Shown here one piece after another: positions 43,991 through 55,100 of a DNA stretch of 64,000 nt (the first letter of the stretch is position 1; the number at the start of each line of letters is the position of its first letter). The position numbers were made by a program, and so were the translations under genes. The notes beneath the pieces are model-generated. The model worked only from the letters and a program-made list of their open reading frames with translations. It did no database searches and had not been told where the DNA came from. Origin of the DNA: Chrysemys picta bellii (taxonomy: Eukaryota); NCBI RefSeq assembly GCF_011386835.1, contig NC_088810.1, positions 5,146,001 to 5,210,000 on the forward strand, in the 5' to 3' direction.

Positions 43991-44639
43991 CCCTGGCTCT
44001 GGGAGGGGAGGGGAGGGGAGGGGAGGGGGCTGGTGGTTAGAGCAGAGGGTGCTGGGAGCCAGGACTCCTGGGTTCTCTCCCCGGCTCTGGGAGGGGAGTG
44101 GGATAGGACACGGGGGGCAGGACTCCTGGGTTCTCTCCGTGGCTCTGGGAGGGGAGTGGGATAGGGCGGGAGGGGGGCAGGACTCCTGGGTTCTCTCCGT
44201 GGCTCTGGGAGGGGAGTGAGATAGAGCGGGGGGCGGGGGGGCAGGACTCCTGGGTTCTCTCCCCGGCTCTGGGAGTTGAGTGGGATAGAGCGGGGTGGGG
44301 GGGGGGGCAGGACTCCTGGGTCTGTCCCAGGAGATTCCCTTGTTAAGCAGGCTGGGGGGCGGTTGGGGCTTGGCTGGGAGACAGCTGTGGGCGCTGGCGA
44401 TGGGGGGCGGGTTTGCGGGCTGCCGGGAGGAACTGACACAGAGGATGTGGGGATGGTGCAATGGGCCCTTACCGCATCCCTGCCCCTCCCAGGAAGCCAC
44501 CCGGGAGCAAGAGGCCCCATGGGGGGTCAGGGCTGGAGCCGGAGCAAACCCTGCGAGGGAGCAGATGACGCGGAGCAGGTGAGGGGGGCGCTCGGGATGG
44601 GGGGGTTCATTTACCCCGGGACAGCCTGGAGTGCCTGAG

Positions 44640-47600
44640 CACCCAAGTGTCTGGCCCCACAGCCCCGTCCTGCCAGCTCCCCACCCCCTCGTCCGGGCAG
44701 CCCCCACCCCAAACGGCCCCTTCCAGCCAGCCCCCAACCCCCACGGCCCTGTCCAGCCGGCCCCGTCCAGCCGGCCCCGTCCAGCCAGCCCCTCCCCCCC
44801 TCGTCCCGCCAGCTCCAACCCCCCACGGCCCTGTCCAGCCATCCCCCACAGTCCTGTCCTGCCAGCCCCTCCACCTCCTCCGGCCAGCCCCAACCCCCCA
44901 TAGCCCTGTCTGGCCAGTCCCAACCCCCCATGGCCCCGTCCAGCCAGCCCCCAACCCCCATGGTCCTCAATCTGAAAACATACCCATCCTCCAGCCATCC
45001 CCCCCCATACACACACACTCCTCCGTCCGTACGTCCAGCCATCCCTTCACACACCTCTCTGTCCAGGCAGCCCCAAACCCCTTCATCCATCCCCCCCCAC
45101 ACACCGCTCCGTCCGTCTGGTCCTTCCCCTCACACACACCCCCATCCAGCCAGCTCCAAACATACCCACCCTCCATCCATTCCCATACACCCCTCTGTCC
45201 GTCCGTCCCCAAAGCCCCACCTCCATCCGCAGACGTACCCACCCTCCGTCCATCCATCCCCAATCACTCCTCTGTACGGCTGTCCATCCATCCCCTCATA
45301 CACCTCCCTGGCCAGCCCCAAACCCCTGCCTCCATCCGGCCATCCCCAAACATCGCCACCCTCCAGCTGTCCCCTCTCACACCTCTTCATCCGTCCATCC
45401 AGCCAGCCCCTCGTACGCCCCCTGTCCATCTGTCCATCCGTCCCCTCACACACGGCTCCAACCGTCCGTTCACCCACCCATCCCCTCACAAACCTCTTCG
45501 TCCGTCCAGCCAACCCCTCGTACGCCCCTCTGTCCATCTGTCCATCCGTCCCCTCACACCGCACCAACCGTCCAGTCACCCACCCATCCCCTCACAAACC
45601 TCTTCATCCGTCCGTCCAGCCAGCTCCTCGTATGCCCCCTGTCCATCTGTCCATCCGTCCCCTCACACACGTCTCCAACCATCCAGTCACCCACCCATCC
45701 CCTCTCACACCTCTTCATCCGTCCATCCAGCCAGCTCCTCGTATGCCCCCTGTCCATCTGTCCATCCGTCCCCTCACACACGTCTCCAACCATCCAGTCA
45801 CCCACCCATCCCCTCTCACACCTCTTCATCCGTCCGTCCAGCCAGCCCCTCGTAGCCACTCCGTCCATCTGTCCGTCCGTCCCCTCACACACGGCTCCAA
45901 CCATCCAGTCACCCACCCATCCCCTCACACCCCTCTTCATCTGTCCGTCCAGCCAGCCCCTCGTACGCCCCTCTGTCCATCTGTCCGTCCGTCCCCTCAC
46001 ACACGGCTCCAACCGTCCGTTCACCCACCCATCCCCTCACAAACCTCTTCGTCCATCCAGCCAGCCCCTCGTACGCCCCTCTGTCCATCTGTCCGTCCGT
46101 CCCCTCACACACGTCTCCAACCGTCCGTTCACCCACCCATCCCCTCACAAACCTCTTCGTCCATCCAGCCAACCCCTCGTACGCCCCTCTGTCCATCTGT
46201 CCGTCCGTCCCCTCACACACGGCTCCAACCGTCCGTTCACCCACCCATCCCCTCACAAACCTCTTCGTCCATCCAGCCAACCCCTCGTACGCCCCTCTGT
46301 CGATCTGTCCATCCGTCCCCTCACACCGCACCAACCGTCCAGTCACCCACCCATCCCCTCACAAACCTCTTCATCCGTCCGTCCGTCCAGCCAGCCCCTC
46401 GTATGCCCCCTGTCCATCTGTCCGTCCGTCCCCTCACACAGGGCTCTGTCCAGCCGTCCCCGGACACACCCCTCTCTCACCCTCCCTCTCTCTGGCTGTG
46501 ATTTGGGTGTGGTTCTGCCCCCCCCCCCCCCCGCCCCATAGCACAGGGTTAGTTGGTGTCAGGTTTCCACTTCCTCCTCCTTCGGTTCCTCTTCCCCCTC
46601 GCTGGGACCAGCTGGCACAGGGCCCCTCCCCCCCACCCACTCCCTCACAGAGACCCCCCACAGGACCCCTGAATGGCAGGTGCCCAGCCCCCCAGAGCAC
46701 CCCTTTGGGAGCCTTAACCTGTCCCTCCCAACGCACCCCACCGCATCCACCCACCCCTCCCCTCCTCCCTCCCGACCCCCATCCCCATCCCATCCCTCTC
46801 CACACACAGCCCACCCCATCCATCCACCCCTCCCCTCCAGCCCTTCCCACACCCCCCATCCATCCACCCCTCCCCACACACAGCCCACCCCATCCCTCCT
46901 CACACGCCCCACCTCCCCACACCCCCCACACCCCATGCCTCCCCTCCTCCCTCCGCACCCCCCATCCCATCCCTCCCCACACGCACCCCACCCCATCCAC
47001 CCACCCCTCCCCTACAACCCTCCCCACACACCCCATCCACCAACCCCTCCCCCCACACACCCCACCCCATCCCTCCCTTCCTCCCTCCCCACACGCCCCA
47101 CCCCATCCACCTCTCCCCATCCTACCCCCCATCCCTCCCACAAGCCTCTCACCCCATCCCTCCATTCCTCCCTCGCTACTCCCATCCCATCCATCCCCCC
47201 CACACCCCACCCCATCCCTCCCTTCCTTCCTTCCCACCCCCATCCCATCCCTCCCCACATGCCCCACCCCATCCACCTCTCCCCACACACACCCCACCCC
47301 ATCCCTCCCTTCCTCCCTCTCCACCCCCGCACTCCATCCCTCCCCACACGCCCCACCCCATCCACCTCTCCCCACCCTACCCCCCATCCCTCCCTTCCTC
47401 CCTCCCCACCCCATCCCATCCCTCCCCACACACCCCACCCCATCCACCTCTCCCCACCCTACCCCCCATCCCTCCCTTCCTTCCTTCCCACCCCCATCCC
47501 ATCCCTCCCCACATGCCCCCACCCCATCCACCTCTCCCCCACACACACCCCACCCCATCCCTCCCTTCCTCCCTCTCCACCCCCGCACTCCATCCCTCCC

Positions 47601-47830
47601 CACACGCCCCACCCCATCCACCTCTCCCCACCCTACCCCCCATCCCTCCCTTCCTCCCTCCCCACCCTATCCCATCCCTCCCCCCACACCCCACCCCATC
47701 CACCTCTCCCCACCCCATCCCCCATCCCATCCCTCCTCTCACACACCCCATCCATCCATCCATCCACCCTCCCCACACGCCCCGCCCCATCCCTCCAGCC
47801 GTCCCCCCCACACCCATCACCGATCCAACT
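44640..47830. repeat. C-rich CCGT/CCAT minisatellites upstream of and within intron 1 of NKG7-like B
   Basis: Repeats of about 120 bp (CCAGCCAGCCCCTCGTACGCCCCTCTGTCCATCTGTCC) at 45400-46440 and CCCCACCCCATCCCTCC units at 46680-47830. Confidence 0.85.
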
Positions 47831-47963
47831 GGATCCATCTGTGAAGCTGCTGAGGCCCAGGCCCCAGGGCTCTGGCTTAGCCCTGCTGCTGTGGGCCGGG
47901 ATTGCCCCTGACTCATTCCCCACCCCCAGGTGCTTCCCGGATCCCAGCGCTGCCCCCCACACG

Positions 47964-49359
47964 ATGGCGTCTCCCCGGATCCTCAGCACCGTCCTGGCCC
48001 TGCTCAGCTTCCTGCTGCTGCTGGTGGCCCTGGGCTCCGACCACTGGCTGGTGGCCACCAGCCGCCTCGGGTCCCTCCATGAGGGGCTGTGGAAGAGCTG
48101 CCAGAATTCGGTGTGTGAACAAATTTCTTCAGCATCAGGTAAGGGCAGCCCGGCTCCACCGGGGAACCCACCGCTGCCACCAACCAGCACCATCGGGCAG
48201 GTCTGTCCCTGGCTGTGGGAGGAAAGTGGGGGCCAGTGGTTAGAGCAGGGGGGCTGGGTGTCAGGACTCCTGGGTTCTCTAACCAGTTCAGTGCAGTGTT
48301 GTTTATTTAACCCAATCCTTTGCTACAGTCTCTTTAAAGGTCACCAGGGCTTTCATACTGCTGGGCGTGATCGCTGGGTTTCTCTCCTCCTTCGCTCTCC
48401 TCGCCTCGTTCCTGCGCTCCCACCTCGGCTCCTTACCTCTGACCCTGCTCTCCTTCCTGGGCAGCTTCAGCGCAGGTACGTCCCCCCTTCCCCCAGGAAC
48501 TCATCTCCCCCCCCCCCGCCCACTACAGCCAGCCGAGGGGAACCGAGCCCCAGCCTCCCCCCTCCCCGAATCCTACCCTGGGCTCTGGCAGCTCCCCCTG
48601 GTGGTGGGACGGGGCAGGGGCTGGGACTGAACGTGGGCTGCACTGAGGGGTGTCCTTGCTGTTCCCTTTGCCCCAGGGCTCTGCACCATGATCGCGCTGG
48701 CCATGTACACAGGGGAGTTCGCTGGGGCCGTGAATGCCGCCCACAGCCAAGTCACCTTCGGCTGGTCCTTCGGCCTCGGCTGGGTCTCCTTCCCCCTCTT
48801 CCTCATCACTGGTGAGTGCAACATTGGGGAGTGTCAAAAGGCAGCTGCCTCTGGGGTGGGACACGGGGGCTGGTTCTATAGGGACCCATCGCCCGGCGCT
48901 GAGATGCACCCACCTCTGGGGTGGGGCACGGGGGCTGGTTATACAGGGACCCCTCTCCCGGCGCTGAGATGCACCCACCTCTGGGGTGGGGCACGGGGGC
49001 TGGTTATACAGGGACCCCTCGCCCGGCGCTGAGATGCAGCCACCTCTGGGGTGGGGCACGGGGGCTGGTTATACAGGGACCCCTCGCCCGGCGCTGAGAT
49101 GCAGCCACCTCTGGGGTGGGGCATGAGGGCTGGTTATACTGGGACCCCTCGCCCGGCGCTGAGATGCAGCCACCTCTGGGGTGGGGCACAAGGGCTGGTT
49201 ATACAGGGACCCCTCGCCCGGCGCTGAGATGCAGTCACCTCTGGGGTGGGGTGCTGCGTACCAGTAGATGATGCTCCCATTGGTCCCATTGCTGCTCTGA
49301 GCCCATTTCTCTTCTCTCCTCCAGGTGTGGTGACGCTGGTCGCCCACCAATCCTCCTAG
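47964..49359 (+). CDS. NKG7-like tetraspan protein B, 163 aa
   Basis: Exons 47964-48138 (175), 48329-48475 (147), 48677-48811 (135), 49325-49359 (35): same sizes and phases as gene A, frame open. ATTAAA at 49486. Directly downstream of LIM2, the position of NKG7 in human. Confidence 0.9.
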
Positions 49360-49812
49360 AGCCGAGTGGGGGGAGCCATGCAGGCCGGACGCAGCCTGCA
49401 GCGTCCTGGGACCAGCAATGAGCCCCGCCCCTCCCTACCGCGGAGGCCTCTGCCACCCCCCCCCCCCCGCCCTTATTCCGTGGAGATTAAAGATCCTGTT
49501 CTCAAAGACTCCTCTCTGGTAATTTATTCCCACCCCCCCCGCGTCTCCCCTCACATGTCCATCAAAGGACTCCTGGGTTCTCTCCCCAGCTCCGGCAGGG
49601 GAGTGGGGTCTGGGGCTTAGAGCCGGGGGTCTGGGAGCCAGGACTGCTGCTGGGCAGGGAATGGGATATGGGGCCTTTCCCCTCTAGGGGGCGCCAGCTC
49701 CCATCCAGGGAGTGTGAGGGGGGGGGGTGCAGAATCTGGCTGGCTCAGGGTTGAGCAATGACCTAGTTACCATAATTACTCACAGAGACATGCAGCCCCA
49801 CAATAAGCTGCC

Positions 49813-50653
49813 TTTGACGAAGTGGGGGATTTTCTTGTTTTTTCCTTGGTTTTCCAATGGTTTGCATGTAGAGGAGGTGGGACTCAGTTTCCCTGGGTGT
49901 TACTGGTTTAACGAGGTGATGGGAGAGGGAGTTTGTTGTTACAGGGGACCAGCGAGGGAACTTGGGACCCCGGCCAATGGCTGGAGAATGGAGACCCCAG
50001 CGACTGGTGACCTGGTGACCGGGAGGCCCAGCTCGGGAGTCGCAGCCGATTCTGGCCAGTGGAAGGACAATGGGCTGCGGGGAGAGGACCCTGGTGACCT
50101 GACCGACCAGTTCCAGCCAGAGGGGCCAGAGGACAGAAGAGGGGAGAGGAGGCCCATGCGACCCTGTTTACCTGGAGAGAAGACAAAGGACAGAGAGGGG
50201 GCCTGAGGCCAGTGATATCAAATGCCGAACTGGGAAGCAGGGGGGCTCTGGGCTGGAGAGGAGGAGAAGACAGAGCCCACCTGGATGCAGGGGAGAGTGG
50301 GATGTGCTGGGCTGAGGGAGGCCAGGCCTGAGGCCCTGAGAGTTTCCTGTGCTGGGTTCAGACGCTCAATAAACCTCCTGTTTTACACTGGCTGAGAGTC
50401 GCTCCGGGCTAGAGAACAAGGTGGCATTATTCCCTCTGGGAGTGGAGACCCCGGGGGTCCAGAGCGAGTGGACTCTCTGAGGGGCCCACGGCAGAGACAG
50501 ACGTGCTAAGGCTCAGAGAGGTGCGGTTCCAGGAGGTGGAGGGGCCTAACCACGAGAGAGAGTGGACCCCCGAGAAGGGCTGTCGCACTGAAGGGGGGTC
50601 CCCCCAGGGATCGTACGGGGCCAAGAGTGGGCACGATCCGGGCGTCCGTGACA
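49813..50653 (+). mobile_element. Solo LTR, related to 8505-9013
   Basis: Starts TTTGACGAAGTGGG (decayed TGTGAC), ends CCGTGACA; shares AATAAACC..CTGTTTTAC..TGGCTGAGAGTC (AATAAA at 50368) with the 8.5-kb LTR; TSD not clean. Confidence 0.7.
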
Positions 50654-50654
50654 A

Positions 50655-51130
50655 GCTCCACAGATGGATCCAGCTAGATGGATGATGGGAGTGTGTGGGA
50701 CGGATGGAGGGATGGGGCGCGGCGTGCGGGGAGGGGTGGATGGAGGAGTGTGTGTGAGGATGGACAGACGGATGGACGGCTGGATGGGGTGTGGGGAGGG
50801 GTGGAGGGTGTGTGTATGGGGAAGGAGGGATGGGGTGGGGCATGTGGGGAGGAACGGGTGGGTGGGGGGAGGTATGGGATGGGGGTGGGGGAGGATGGAT
50901 GGGGAGTGGGCAGGATGGATGGGGGAGTGGAATGGGGTGTGTGTGGGGAGGGATGGGGCAGGGTGTGTGGGGAGGGTGGATGGAGGGTGGGGAGAGGGCT
51001 GGGATGGGTGGGGAGGGCTGGGGGGAGGGGGGAGGGGTGTGTGGGGAGGGCTGGAGGGGTGGGGGAGGGCTGAAGGGATGGGGGATGGGGTTTGTGGGGA
51101 GGGAGGGAGTGGGGCAAAGCCCAGACTCCC
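50655..51130 (-). pseudogene. Inverted remnant of an NKG7-like intron 1, truncated at the LTR
   Basis: CACAGATGGATCCAGCTAGATGGATGATGGG...GGGATGGGGCG is the reverse complement counterpart of 47750-47845, followed by the same G-rich repeat. Confidence 0.6.
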
Positions 51131-51919
51131 CCTCTTCCCCCAGCACTGCTGCCTCTCACCCCCTGCCCTGCACCCGCTGTATTTATTCCTCCATTTGCTG
51201 CTGTGTCTTTTTGTTACGGGACATTAAACGTGGTTTTTAAAGTCATGAGCCTGTCGTCGTAGTTACTGAATTGGACCCAGGAGTCCTGGCTCCCAGCTCT
51301 CCCCCTCCCCCGCTCTAACCCACTAAACCCAATTCCCCTCCCGGAGCCAGGGAGAAAACCCAGGCGTCCTGGCTCCTCCCCCTCCCCATTCTAATCGCGA
51401 CACTTCAGAGGTGGCTGCATCTCAGAACCAGGCGAGCCACGTGGTATTGCTGTGCGGCTGTCCCCGGCTGTCCCACCCCAGAGGTGGCTGCATCGCAGCA
51501 CCAGGCATTGTTTATTATGACCCTCTTCCCAGTACTTTCGTACCCCTGGGCCTGGGTGGTGAGTGTCCAGCCACAGCTGAGCGGCTCGAAGAGCGAGGGG
51601 AACCCCTGAGGGAAACCGAGGCAACATAAAACTCTTCAGCCCGGGGAGGAGCTGGGGATGGCTTTTATTTAGCTGCAGCAGTGAAAGGATTAACACAGGC
51701 CGACCTGCTCCACATAACTCTGTCTGGAGCAGTAGCTGCCTCTCAGGTGCATTAGCAGAGTGGACCCAGGCTGAGATGGGGGGAGAGGAGCGCAGCCCAC
51801 ACACAGCCCAGGACAGTCCCTGCCCCAGCTGAGATCACGGACCCCCCCTTGTGCCAGGTGCTGCCCAGACACAGCGAGAGACCATGTCCAACAAGCTCAC
51901 AGTGTAAGTAGCCAAATGC

Positions 51920-52070
51920 AGTGATATACTCCCCATGTTACAGCTGAGAAACTGAGGCACAGAGGGGGGCGGGGACTTGCCCAGGGTCACACAGCCATTC
52001 TGTAGCAGAGCTGGGAATAGGTTCCAGGTGTCCAGCGTCCCAGGCTAGCACCTTAGCCACAAGGCAGATT
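51920..52070 (-). mobile_element. MIR-like CORE-SINE
   Basis: GAAACTGAGGCACAGAG...GACTTGCCCAGGGTCACACAG...CAGAGCTGGGAATAG is the reverse of the CORE domain plus tRNA head. Confidence 0.7.
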
Positions 52071-52141
52071 GGCTATCCCACCGCTGACACCAGTCTCTAT
52101 TTATCTCACTCCCTGCAATGACCCTGTCCCCCTCTCTGGCC

Positions 52142-55100
52142 TTAGATGTTGGCGTAGATGTTTTCCTCTGTGAATTGTTCCCTGTCACCTCTCTCCCTGT
52201 AGCATCTTCCTCCTCCTCCTCCTCTTCCTCCTCTCCCTTTCTTATCAAGGGCTCCTCCTTCCCCGGTGCCGTCCTGTGTGGGGAGAGACCGGGTTAGCTG
52301 GGAGAAGTGGCCGCCATGCCCAGGGAAAGGATGGGAGGGGATGCCATTGGGGGGTGCTGGAGGGGGGAAATCCCAGCAGAGGGGGATTCTGGGAGCGGGG
52401 GAAGGGGATCTCATCAGGGTGGGGGATGGGGTAGGTACCGGGGGGGTCTGGGATAAGCCGCTGGAGGGCTGGGAACCCACCTGTCTGTGGGAGGGCGCCA
52501 TAGACGCTGGCTGCTGATCGGAGTTACAGACCTGCCGGTCTCCGGTCCCTTGGCACCGTCCGGCCCTGGCAGGGCCCGTGCTGCCCTGCCTGGGGTGAAA
52601 CCATCATCAACATCCTGCCTCTAGGCCCATCTAGCCTGGTGTCCCGCCTCCTCCCTCCTGCCCCAATGAGACCCATGGATCCATCTATCCCAATATCTGC
52701 CCACCGCACCGCCATCCCAAAGCAGCAGAGCTGCATGTGGGGGGAGCCCAGGGTTGGCCTAGCAGGGGCTGTGGTTGGGAGTGAGGGGCACCAGCAGAGC
52801 TGGGGGGGCGAGTGCAGGGCTGGCACACCAGGGGGCTGTGGGTCAGGATTGAGGGGCGGCAGGTGGAATTTCATGCTTCCAAGAAGTGATGGTTGATCTT
52901 GGGGGATCCATTTTTTCCCCCATTCCAGGCTAGTTCCCACCAGATTCTTCTCTGTTCCCACCCGAGTCTTACCTTCCCTTCATGACTTTCCAGGCCACTG
53001 CAGCCCCGGCAACAACCAGCACGAGGCTCCCACCAGCCGCCGAGGCCACCACGAGTGTCCAGGAGAAGCCCGCTGCAAACCAACAGCTGGTGTTAGCGGT
53101 GGGATCGGCTGGGCGGCGATGGGCCCTACAGGGCTTGTAATGAACTGGTGGGTACGGTGTAGGGGGAGGGTCCCCTGAGCGGGAGAGCGGCCGAGGGCTG
53201 GCCTAGCCATGGGGACTGAGCCCCCTTCCCCACCTCTCCAGGGAGGCACAGAGGTGAAAGGGGCAGGTGGGGACTGTGTGACTTATACATGAGTTGCCAT
53301 CTGTCTAAGTGGCTGGCACATAGCACCGTATTTCCTCACATATACATCTCTGCCTGAAGATGAACAGGCCACTGCTTTTAGCTAATGGCAAAACTGGATC
53401 CCATGCCCAGCCCCCACTGGTCCCCGGTCCCTGCAGTCACAACGGTCAGCACGGCCTGGCTCTGCCCCGTGGGCGTTGGTGGCAGCGCAGGACATGTTGG
53501 CCAGGGCCCCGGCCGGGCCCCACAGCTCCCGGCTCACGGCCGGGACCCACGCCCACAAGGTTGCTCGCAGCTCAGGGCCCTCGAAGTCCCCAGGGAGGGT
53601 GCGGTTGGGCAAGCACCACTTGAGGCGGGGCAGAGGGTTCCCCTCGGCTGCGCAGTGACACGTGGCCGCTCCCCTGGGTCCGCGGCCCTGCACCGTGCAG
53701 TTCCCCTGTGGCAGCAGCTCCAGCGGGTCTGCAACGGGCCATGAGATGTGTGGGGGGGATTTGCCTGCTGGGACCCCAGTGCCCTCCTATAGACCCCAGG
53801 AGCCTTGGCTCTCGGACCACCCCCGGCCACAAGACCCCACGCCCCCCCAGAGCCAGAGATAGAACCCAGGAGTCCTGGCTCTCAGCCCACCCCCCACTAG
53901 ACCCCATGCACCTCCCAGAGCCAGGGATTGAACCCAGGAGTCCTGGCTCTCAACCCAACCCCTGCCACTAGACCCCATGCCCCTCCCATAGCCAGAGATG
54001 GAACCCAGGAGTCCTGGCTCTCAGCCCACCCCCACTAGACCCCACGCCCCTCCCAGAGCCAGGGATAGAACCCAGGAGTCCTGGCTCTCAACCCAACCAC
54101 TGCCACTAGACTCCACGCCCCTCCGAGAGCCAGGGATTGAACCCAGGAGTCCTGGCTCTCAGCACAACTCCTGCCATTAGACCTCACCCCCCCGCTGGAG
54201 CTGGATGGGGTCACTCACAGTGGACCTGGAGCCGGACGGCTCTGCGGGTGCAGACCCCAACCACGGCGGGGTACGTGACGGTGCAGACGAGCTCTTTGCC
54301 GTCATCCCCCGGGGCTGGCGTGAAGCTGAGCACGGAGCTATAGGAGACGCTGCCGTTCGCCAGGGCGACCCAGACGTTCCTGGCTGTGTAGTCAAACCCC
54401 CCTGACCAGGTGATTTGCGGAGGGGTCCCAGAGCAGGTCCCTGGAGCCTGGCAGGTCACATTCACCAGCTGTCCGGACAGCAGCACCTCGGGGACCTTCA
54501 GCACTGGCTGCTGCATCAGCTCTAAGGAGGCGACACCATTAAAATTCAACTCAGTGGGGAAGTACTGGGGTTAATCCTGGAACTCCCTGCCCCTGGGCAT
54601 TAGTGGGATTAACCAGTGGAACTCCCCACCACTGGGTATAAGCAGAGTTAATCCTGCTGAGCTCTCCAGGACCCTCCGGCCTCACCTGTCACGTCCACCA
54701 GCGGCTGGGTCACCACGTAGCTGTATTTAAAGTCTCCCTTCACAAAGCGGAAGTAGTAGCGGGCCCTGTCTCCAGCTCTCACATCGCTGATGAGCAGGGA
54801 GCAGTCGTCCGGGGCGTCTCCCACCAGCCTGATCCGGCCCCCAGGCTCCCTCAGGGCCCTGCCGGGATCTGTGGTGGCCACGGCCAGGCTGGTGTCCCTG
54901 TCGTCGTCCTTGAACCAGTATTTGTAGGCGACCCCGGAGGAGTTGAAGTTGGCTTTGAAATTACAGGGGAGCAGGACGCAGAGACCCTGCTGGGCCGTGA
55001 CGCGGGACGGGACCTGGATCCGATAGACGGGCGCCTGGCAGAGCCGACCTACAGGGGAAACAGACCAGCTCTGCCAGTGCCCCTCAGTCCTCAGCCCCCC

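Noticed and set aside
47964-49359. Naming genes A/B as CLDND2 or as one-to-one NKG7
   Set aside because: GYIEATRAF in gene A and the position of gene B favour NKG7, but with three or more paralogues and no phylogeny a symbol is not justified.
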